A stretch of DNA of 39,882 nucleotides from an archaeon (lineage in GTDB: Archaea > Nanobdellota > Nanobdellia > Woesearchaeales > UBA9642), in NCBI GenBank assembly GCA_043806035.1, contig JAZDHK010000027.1, positions 1 to 39,882 of the forward strand, in the 5' to 3' direction. Position numbers and translations under genes: made by a program. Of this stretch, positions 8,767-15,731 are shown one piece after another (within the stretch, counting starts at the first letter, position 1; each line of letters begins with the position of its first letter). The notes beneath the pieces are model-generated. The model searched no databases. It was given only the letters and a program-made list of their open reading frames with translations, and had not been told where the DNA came from.

Positions 8767-9876
8767 ATGAAGAGATGGCATTTTTCAATTATCTTATTGG
8801 TTTTGGCATTGCATATCGCAAGTGTTTCAGCTCAAGAATCATCGTGCATCTACTTCTTTTATGGAGATGGCTGCCAGCATTGTGCAAAAGTTGAGCCCGT
8901 ACTTAACCGCCTTGAAACGCAGTCAGCACATCCAGTGCACATTCATTATTTTGAGATTTACAATAATCGCTCAAATCTGGTTTTATTGAATGCATATTTT
9001 GATGCGTACCATGTTGCACAGTCTGAAAGAGGAATTCCTGCAGTATTTGTCTCAGACACGTATCTCGTTGGCGACCAGCCAATACGAGATCAAGTGGAAA
9101 CACTTGCAATATCCGAAGAGGCAAAAACATGCCCTTCCCTTGAGCAAGTTTCGGCTACAGGCACTACTGGAGAAAAATCCTCTCTGGAAAAACTAGGCAC
9201 AATATCCTTTCTTACGGTTATTGGAGCCGCACTTGTAGATTCGATTAACCCCTGTGCCATTGCGGTTCTGCTTATACTGCTTGGTGCCCTGCTTGCATCA
9301 GGGGATAAAAAAAGAGCAGTAAAGGCGGGGTTTGCGTTTACGCTCTCAATTTACATCATTTACTTCTTATTCGGCTTAGGACTATTTTCTGCACTGCAAA
9401 TATCAGGATTATCCTATTGGTTCTATAAGATAATAGGATTCTTGGCAATACTTATCGGACTTGCCAATATCAAGGACTTCGTATGGTACGGTGGTGGAGG
9501 ATTTGTAATGGAAATCCCGCGGGCATGGAGGCCGACGCTCAAGAAACTGCTTGGAGCAGTAACGTCCCCCTTTGGAGCGTTCGTTATGGGATTTGTGATC
9601 TGCCTATTTGAGCTTCCCTGCACAGGGGGACCGTACATATTCATTCTAGGTCTTTTAGCAGAAAGAGCAACACTGATGGCATCAATACCGATACTGCTCG
9701 TATACAATATTTTCTTTATACTGCCTCTTGTGATAATAACCCTTGCCATTTATTTTGGATTTGCAAGTGTAGAAAAAGCAACAGCCTGGAAGGACAAAAA
9801 CATCAGAACACTGCACTTAGTGGCAGGGATTATCATGCTGGTGCTCGGGATACTTGTTGTCCTTGGATTACTATAA
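8767..9876 (+). CDS. Thioredoxin-like domain fused to CcdA/DsbD-like transmembrane electron-transfer domain
   Basis: Signal peptide, FYGDGCQHC, then DSINPCA and ELPCTGGPY in TM helices. Confidence 0.85.
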   Translation: MKRWHFSIILLVLALHIASVSAQESSCIYFFYGDGCQHCAKVEPVLNRLETQSAHPVHIHYFEIYNNRSNLVLLNAYFDAYHVAQSERGIPAVFVSDTYLVGDQPIRDQVETLAISEEAKTCPSLEQVSATGTTGEKSSLEKLGTISFLTVIGAALVDSINPCAIAVLLILLGALLASGDKKRAVKAGFAFTLSIYIIYFLFGLGLFSALQISGLSYWFYKIIGFLAILIGLANIKDFVWYGGGGFVMEIPRAWRPTLKKLLGAVTSPFGAFVMGFVICLFELPCTGGPYIFILGLLAERATLMASIPILLVYNIFFILPLVIITLAIYFGFASVEKATAWKDKNIRTLHLVAGIIMLVLGILVVLGLL

Positions 9877-9946
9877 TTATTTTTAAAAATTTTCAGTTCA
9901 TATCCTAAAAAAATAATAGAGCGTGGTTTTGTCCCTGTACAGGTGA

Positions 9947-10047
9947 AGCCTCCGGCGAGAGTTGCACTCGCGACCTTCTGATCCCTTGCATACCAGCTAC
10001 AAGTTTCGTCGATTCCTCAGACGCAATAGCTACTATGCTACGGAGGC
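9947..10047 (-). tRNA. tRNA-Thr(UGU) with two introns (10017-10005 at 30/31; 9997-9983 at 37/38)
   Basis: Acceptor GCCTCCG/CGGAGGC plus U73, D-stem GCA/TGC, T-arm GCGAG-TGCAACT-CTCGC. Removing both inserts gives TCTGA-CTTGTAA-TCAGA and a 73-nt tRNA. Both inserts have BHB motifs. CCA not encoded. Confidence 0.9.
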
Positions 10048-10070
10048 ATGTGTTATAGAGAATGGGACAG

Positions 10071-10080
10071 GTTTATAAAC
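10071..10080 (-). promoter_or_regulatory. TATA box of the tRNA-Thr gene
   Basis: GTTTATAAAC about 24 nt upstream of tRNA position 1 (10047). Confidence 0.7.
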
Positions 10081-10085
10081 GTTTC

Positions 10086-10352
10086 CTAGACGCCAAGCAG
10101 GCGCGTGATGAGCACGGACTTGCCATACTTGCCGTGTACGACATATTCTTGAGAGACTTGGCGGATGAGCATGGGGACGTTGCCAAATGCAGTGAGGCCT
10201 GCCGCGTACGCCGATGCCGTGTCAGGATAGAATCCGAGCCGTGTCTCTCCCTTCAAGACTGTGTATTCTCCTTCATGCTCTTTGAGCATCTCCGGGAGCT
10301 GTTCCATGAATGCATCGATTTCTTGTTCGAGTACACTTTGTTCGACTACCAT
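10086..10352 (-). CDS. Small DUF5678-like protein
   Basis: AFMEQLPEMLKEHEGEYTVLKG...AYAAG...PMLIRQV pattern. Confidence 0.65.
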   Translation of the reverse strand: MVVEQSVLEQEIDAFMEQLPEMLKEHEGEYTVLKGETRLGFYPDTASAYAAGLTAFGNVPMLIRQVSQEYVVHGKYGKSVLITRLLGV

Positions 10353-10394
10353 GTCGTGAGGAAAGCGATACTGCTATATAATTATTGCGATGCG

Positions 10395-11783
10395 TCAGGT
10401 TTTCAGTCGAGAAAGCCATCGCTGCATTGATCCGCGCCTGCAGGAACAGGGAATGTCACTTCCCGCAAGACCTGCACGGTGGGGAACATTTGCATCATAT
10501 CTGATCATTTTGCGTATGGGTGCATATCTTCCTGAAAGTATGCCATAGGCTTCTCCTGCCATCATGCCGCCAATTATTTGGTTGGTCATGATGACGCTTG
10601 GTTCAGGAGCATGGGTGCAGCTGTGAGCCTGCAATTCTTTCGCGAGCGCTCGGTCAACACCCAATTTGCAGTCGAGACATTGGCTCTTTCCAGGTACATA
10701 CGCTACTACCTGTCCTGACGTGGGATTCGTGCCTCCGCTCACGATAGGGATGGCGTTGTGGACACCGTAATAATTGATGAATGCCCTGCTCGCGAAATTA
10801 TCGACGCAGTCGATGATGACATCAGGATGGTTCTTTTCAAAATACGTCGTGTGCTTGTCAAGTTTGGCAACCATACCTCTTACCCTAACTTCAGGATTGA
10901 TGAGCGTGAGCCTTTCTGCCAACGCTTCTGCCTTCTGCCGACCTACTGCGTCATAATAGAGTATTTGCCTGTTTAGGTTGATGGTCTCGACGATGTCAGA
11001 GTCGAGATAGTCAATATAGGAAATGCCGAGTGCAGCAAGACCTATGCCGACAGGCGTTCCTAAAGAGCCTGCACCTATGACGAGAGCACGTTTTTTTTCA
11101 GCAGACATCAATGTGGTAGTACTCTCTTCTGCTGTGAATCGTTCTGTAGACAATACGGAGTAGCGTAGTGCATGCGCGGGTGGCGACTCATCAAGAGGCA
11201 TGAGTAATTTCCGTGCCTCCTGAACGGCAAGTCCTCCGAGCACGAGTGCAGGAAGGATGCCTTGGTTTTCTTGAGTGTAATAGCCGAACTCGCTCAGTTC
11301 TTCAAGTGAAGGATCATCAATGACAAGCATGCCAGAATAAGCTGAAGCCGCACAGGAGATGACGTGTATGCCTTTTCTTGCAGCGTACTCCCAGACTGCT
11401 GATTTGCTATCAAGATCGTTAGTTGCATCAAAGATAAGATTTGGCGTTTCCAGCAGGGGCAGATAGTTTGCATTGATGGGCAAATGTAGACTGATAACGT
11501 TCGAGCGTGGATTCATGTCTTGGAGCACCCCCTCTATGCTTTCCACTTTGCCCAATTCACTAGCACCTAAGGGCAGTAAGAACTCATCAGGTGAGGTGGC
11601 TACTGAGGGAGTAGCATCCTGCAGCACGATGTTGCCTATGCCGAGCGCGGCGAGCACGGCTGACGTGGTCTGTGCAAGAGCTCCCGAACCGAGAACGGCA
11701 ACGGTAGCTTTGGCAAGTATATCCTGCTTCCAGCCCGTAATTCGTTCTTGACGATCATATCTGTTCGTATGTTCTATCATCAT
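10395..11783 (-). CDS. E1-like ubiquitin-activating enzyme with tandem ThiF domains (inactive + active)
   Basis: Domain 1: RYDRQ, VAVLGSGALA, no DxDxV..NLxRQ. Domain 2: GAGSLG, DSDIVETINLNRQ, DCVDN, CLDC, HSCT, CSC. Confidence 0.9.
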   Translation of the reverse strand: MMIEHTNRYDRQERITGWKQDILAKATVAVLGSGALAQTTSAVLAALGIGNIVLQDATPSVATSPDEFLLPLGASELGKVESIEGVLQDMNPRSNVISLHLPINANYLPLLETPNLIFDATNDLDSKSAVWEYAARKGIHVISCAASAYSGMLVIDDPSLEELSEFGYYTQENQGILPALVLGGLAVQEARKLLMPLDESPPAHALRYSVLSTERFTAEESTTTLMSAEKKRALVIGAGSLGTPVGIGLAALGISYIDYLDSDIVETINLNRQILYYDAVGRQKAEALAERLTLINPEVRVRGMVAKLDKHTTYFEKNHPDVIIDCVDNFASRAFINYYGVHNAIPIVSGGTNPTSGQVVAYVPGKSQCLDCKLGVDRALAKELQAHSCTHAPEPSVIMTNQIIGGMMAGEAYGILSGRYAPIRKMIRYDANVPHRAGLAGSDIPCSCRRGSMQRWLSRLKT

Positions 11784-12564
11784 TTCCTCGTCGTACTTTC
11801 CGTCGAATTTCCCGGATCATTGCGTCTTTCTCTATTGGCAAGGTCTCATCAATGAGCACGCGTGGAGCAATGAAAAAGGTTTCTTCACCTTCACCGCACA
11901 AGTTGCAGAACTCTTTCGTGCCTATTTCGCTATATGGCTTGTTGCGGAGAGCGTTCACGACGAGGCTGTATGCGTAGCCGGTGCGTACGGGAAGGATGAG
12001 TCGAGCATTCTTGAATGCTAGTCCAGACGGCTGCGAGAGGTTAACCTCGAGACGACGTTTGGGCATTTCTGCATCATAGAACAACAGCACGTTTCCTTTC
12101 TGCTTGAAGCGCGTAGTGTCTGCAGTCAGCAGCAAAGAATGATATCTCGTGACATAGTTCGTGGGCGCAATCCCATTGAGGACCGTGCGAAAGTTATCAT
12201 CATCAGTATCTGAATGAAAGGTGTCAAAACCTTGTGCGTGGCTGTGCCACCAACCAATGATTTTCCAGCCATGCCTGTCCGCGTATCGTCCTGCGGCAAT
12301 GACCTGCTCTCCAGAGATGTGCACAGATGCTGCATCCACGCACTGTCCTTGTGCAAGCAACACGTCCCGTGCTACCCTGTCCTTTGCTTGTTTTTTCTTG
12401 AGGAGAAACCCGTAGCATTCATAACTGCCATCGAAGACGTCACAAACAAGTTCGGCATATCTGCATGCCTTCTCCAGCACGCCTGTAGTGAGATACTGCC
12501 GTGCAATCACCCTTCTCTCGGGCAGTACTGGTTCATTGTTCAAGAGCTCTTCAATAGTAATCAT
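11755..12564 (-). CDS. JAB/MPN+ (JAMM) metalloprotease
   Basis: ECYGFL...IIGWWHSHAQGFDTFHSDTDD. Start chosen from GGGGAG RBS spacing; the ORF track starts at 12597. Confidence 0.9.
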   Translation of the reverse strand: MITIEELLNNEPVLPERRVIARQYLTTGVLEKACRYAELVCDVFDGSYECYGFLLKKKQAKDRVARDVLLAQGQCVDAASVHISGEQVIAAGRYADRHGWKIIGWWHSHAQGFDTFHSDTDDDNFRTVLNGIAPTNYVTRYHSLLLTADTTRFKQKGNVLLFYDAEMPKRRLEVNLSQPSGLAFKNARLILPVRTGYAYSLVVNALRNKPYSEIGTKEFCNLCGEGEETFFIAPRVLIDETLPIEKDAMIREIRRKVRRGNDDRTYEQI

Positions 12565-13918
12565 CTTCATCTCCCCTGTATTTTTTACCCATGACATGGA
12601 GATTTGTTACTGGCAGATGCCTTCGCTTGACTTCAGTATGAGAAATCTTATTTCTCGTGAATGTTCGCAGGTTCTCTGGCGCGTAGGAATGATGTCCCGT
12701 GTAGCCATACAGGAGTATGTTTCGTGCGTCGATGAGCCGTCCTGCAATCTGTCCCTCGACAGGGAGCGAATTGAGCCGGGACTCATGTGAATAATCACCC
12801 GTGCACAACGTCTCATCAACAAAGGGATGTGCGTAGCGGTCATAAAATACTATATCTTCGTCATACTCGATGGGATCATCATCGGTTATTCTGAGAAATG
12901 CCTTAGATTCTCTGAAAAAATAGTACTGTGCCTGTTCAGGATCTTTAAGGACATGTGCGGGAACAGTAAGGTAGATGCAAAGATCATCTCCTTTCCAAAC
13001 AAAACCAAATCCTTTATCATGATACTCTTTTCTCGTTGCTAGTTCTTGCAGTTCTATCTGCTGCCGCAGGTCTTCCATCTCTTTACAATGCGTATATGCA
13101 ATTTCTAACCCTGCACGCTGCATGTTTCGCTCGAGAGCAGCGAGATAAATAGGTTCGACTTGCTCAAGCGGGAATGCGTTCACGAGAGACCAACGATGCC
13201 TTCCTTCTTTTATATACGTTGGTGATGGGACTCCCTTCATCAAATGGTGTACGGTCTTGTCAATGATGACAATATTTCTTCCATGTAACGCTTCACCGAG
13301 GAGAGATACTGGCTCATACGTTTGGGAAATGTCGGCAAGCGCTACGTGGGATGTCGTGCTCAACAAACAATCCAATCGAGATTTGGACGTGCGGGCCACG
13401 TCCGGTAGAGACTGACGATTGAGACGACTCTCCTCTTTTATGATCCATGCTGGCTTCTGCAAAATATCGATGATTTTTGGAGTTGCTTTCTTGTTGACCT
13501 TGCCTCCAAGCATACGGTCAAGCTGTGAATCCTCATTGCGAAAGTACGGAAACACCTTCGTCACGGCAAAGGTAATCATGCGCAAATGTTTTTGTTCATC
13601 GCTGTCTTCATCGTAATCCTCATCTTCACAAGCACTAGCCTTAACCTTTCTCAGAAACGCATCAGCCCAAGCCTGCTCTGCTTGAGTGAATATAGATGCA
13701 TGTTGCATCTTCACCAGCTGCTCAAGCGAAGGCATCCACGCGCTTTGCATGAGATAGTGTTGCTTTCCCGCAAGATGCAAGATGACATCGGTTTCTGTCG
13801 CAGATGGCAGGTAGAGCCGTTCATTCATGACGGCCAGCGTCATCTTTTTTGCTAAGGAAAAGAACGGCGAAAGCGGCAATGCCAACGTGTGCGCAGGTTT
13901 AACGGCAGTATCCGCCAT
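12551..13918 (-). CDS. Large protein with C-terminal prokaryotic E2/UBC-like domain
   Basis: AHPFVDETLCTG (about 12797-12832) resembles the UBC HPN(V/I)...(I/L)C active-site motif. It is preceded by a beta-rich segment and a coiled coil, and lies between the Ubl and JAB genes. Confidence 0.65.
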   Translation of the reverse strand: MADTAVKPAHTLALPLSPFFSLAKKMTLAVMNERLYLPSATETDVILHLAGKQHYLMQSAWMPSLEQLVKMQHASIFTQAEQAWADAFLRKVKASACEDEDYDEDSDEQKHLRMITFAVTKVFPYFRNEDSQLDRMLGGKVNKKATPKIIDILQKPAWIIKEESRLNRQSLPDVARTSKSRLDCLLSTTSHVALADISQTYEPVSLLGEALHGRNIVIIDKTVHHLMKGVPSPTYIKEGRHRWSLVNAFPLEQVEPIYLAALERNMQRAGLEIAYTHCKEMEDLRQQIELQELATRKEYHDKGFGFVWKGDDLCIYLTVPAHVLKDPEQAQYYFFRESKAFLRITDDDPIEYDEDIVFYDRYAHPFVDETLCTGDYSHESRLNSLPVEGQIAGRLIDARNILLYGYTGHHSYAPENLRTFTRNKISHTEVKRRHLPVTNLHVMGKKYRGDEDDYY

Positions 13919-14276
13919 CTTCCACCGCACTGATTTCGATATCCAGAGGCTGGTACTGTACGTTCTGGCCATTGACCGTACGCATCTTGTCGGCGAGGTA
14001 CTTGCCTACGTGATCCGTTCCCTTGGCAGGGACGCCATTCACGACGATTGCATATTGCTGTTGACTCATCTCTCTTTTGACGCTTTTTGCGACCGAGAGC
14101 TCGACGTCCTTGAGTCCCTTGGCAAGGGTCATGTGCCTGATGACGTCATCGATAGTTTTTTCAGAAAACTCTCGAGGAAGCTTGCGCATCACGGCATCAT
14201 CCTTGGGCGTAAGACCTGTTTTTACACTGGCGATGATAGGCTTTTCTCCTATTTGTTGGTTTGGTGTTCGATTCAT
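13899..14276 (-). CDS. Ubiquitin-like protein precursor ending GG-YCR
   Basis: 125 aa from ATG 14276 (GGGGGT RBS). Beta-grasp-like features (KTIDDVI, AIVVNG, terminal strand LDIEISAV) followed by EDGG-YCR*. Confidence 0.7.
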   Translation of the reverse strand: MNRTPNQQIGEKPIIASVKTGLTPKDDAVMRKLPREFSEKTIDDVIRHMTLAKGLKDVELSVAKSVKREMSQQQYAIVVNGVPAKGTDHVGKYLADKMRTVNGQNVQYQPLDIEISAVEDGGYCR

Positions 14277-14528
14277 ATGTTTACCCCCGCGACCACGCAT
14301 GGAGAAGCACGGCCACGCGCACATGCGTTCAACGCATCGGTCGAATGAAATGCATATTGATTTAATAACTTTGCTATAAGGCCATTATTTTTAGTGATTG
14401 TGTAGTGGTAAAAGAATTGTGAAAAAACAAGGTGTGCTGCTGTTCTGCTACTGCACCTGTCCCAAAACGGTTAATAGTCGTCTCCTTCACAACATTTATA
14501 AATCTCTGCATTCTCAACTCATCTAATC

Positions 14529-14544
14529 TTCAGAAAATACTGAA
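14529..14544. promoter_or_regulatory. Inverted repeat TTCAG-N6-CTGAA, candidate operator of the adjacent regulator
   Basis: Lies between the TATA box TTTATAAA (about 14496-14503) and ATG 14555. Confidence 0.5.
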
Positions 14545-14554
14545 AGTTATAAAA

Positions 14555-15040
14555 ATGGATCCCGAACGTGATTTCCTCCAGCTCATCACCACTGCGCATC
14601 TAGCCCACGGCATGGACGAGCTTTCGGCAAAGCTCATAGCAATCCTCTTCCTCGAGCCGAAAGAAATCTCTCTCGAAGACCTCTCGAAAAAGACAGGGTA
14701 CAGCATGGCCAGCATCTCCACGACCATGAAGTTCATTGAAAGCTTCGGTTTCGTAGAAAGAACCAAAAAGCCGAAGAGCAAGAAAATCTACTTCCTCATG
14801 CACAAGGACATCCTCGAGCTCATGCGCATGCAGATCGAGAAGATGTACACGCACAAGGTCCAGCCAGTACAGCAATACCTTCCGGGTATCATCGCTGCCT
14901 ACCGAAAACAGGCAAAGACCAAGGAGCAGCAGGAAAAGCTCGACATCATCGAGCGCTACCATCGTGACGTCCTCGTCTTCGAAAAACTTATGAATGATAC
15001 TTTAAAGAGGCTAGACCGTGAAATCAAAAACCGTCATTGA
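14555..15040 (+). CDS. GbsR/MarR-family winged-helix transcriptional regulator
   Basis: AKLIAILFLEPKEISLEDLSKKTGYSMASISTTMKFIE...KPKSKKIYF. True start at MDPERDF, downstream of the TATA box. Confidence 0.85.
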   Translation: MDPERDFLQLITTAHLAHGMDELSAKLIAILFLEPKEISLEDLSKKTGYSMASISTTMKFIESFGFVERTKKPKSKKIYFLMHKDILELMRMQIEKMYTHKVQPVQQYLPGIIAAYRKQAKTKEQQEKLDIIERYHRDVLVFEKLMNDTLKRLDREIKNRH

Positions 15041-15731
15041 GCTCAGGAATGTGTGGAAAGTCTATCGCATGGGCGACACGGAAGTCGGAGCGCTGCAAGG
15101 CATCAACCTGAACATCAAGCAGGGAGAATTCATTGCCATCCAAGGCCCCTCAGGATCGGGAAAAAGCACCATGATGAACATGGTCGGCTGCCTCGACGTG
15201 CCCACCAAAGGAGAGATCTTCCTCGACGGGCAGAACATTGCCCGGCTCGACGAGTCCGCGCTCGCCCAAGTTCGAGGAAAGAAGATAGGGTTCATCTTCC
15301 AAAAGTTCAATCTCATCACGAGCATGACCGCAAAAGAGAACATCATGCTGCCCATGGTCTTCCAGGGATTTTCCCGGGACGAGCGGACAGCACGCGCGGA
15401 AGAATTGCTCGCTCTTGTCGGGCTGGAGGACCGCATGGATTTCACGCCCAACCAACTCTCGGGAGGGCAGCAGCAGCGCGTGGCCATTGCCCGGTCGCTC
15501 GCCATAAACCCTGAAGTCATCCTTGCTGACGAGCCTACAGGAAATCTGGACAGCAAGACAGGCATGCAAATCATGGACTTCCTGCAAGACCTGCATGAGA
15601 AGCACGGCAAGACCATCATCATGGTAACGCACGATGACCATCTGGCCACCTTTGCGGACAGGATAGAGTTGTTGAAGGATGGGCAGATTGTCACGACCAA
15701 ACATAACCATAGAGCGAGGATGAAAACATGA
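15018..15731 (+). CDS. ABC transporter ATP-binding protein (LolD/MacB-type)
   Basis: GPSGSGKST, LSGGQQQRVAIAR, ILADEPTGNLD, VTHD. Confidence 0.95.
   Translation: MKSKTVIELRNVWKVYRMGDTEVGALQGINLNIKQGEFIAIQGPSGSGKSTMMNMVGCLDVPTKGEIFLDGQNIARLDESALAQVRGKKIGFIFQKFNLITSMTAKENIMLPMVFQGFSRDERTARAEELLALVGLEDRMDFTPNQLSGGQQQRVAIARSLAINPEVILADEPTGNLDSKTGMQIMDFLQDLHEKHGKTIIMVTHDDHLATFADRIELLKDGQIVTTKHNHRARMKT

Noticed and set aside
9930-9975. att-site duplication of the tRNA 3' end
   Set aside because: No second copy and no integrase were seen in the window on manual inspection.
10395-14276. Reading the operon as an ordinary ThiS/MoaD-ThiF sulfur-relay for cofactor or tRNA thiolation
   Set aside because: No biosynthetic partner (MoaE, ThiG, NcsA, rhodanese) is adjacent, and the IAD+AAD E1 and E2-like gene fit protein conjugation better. 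Not formally excluded without assays.
14432-14554. 41-aa N-terminal extension of the GbsR-like ORF
   Set aside because: It spans the TATA box and the candidate operator; the true start is ATG 14555.
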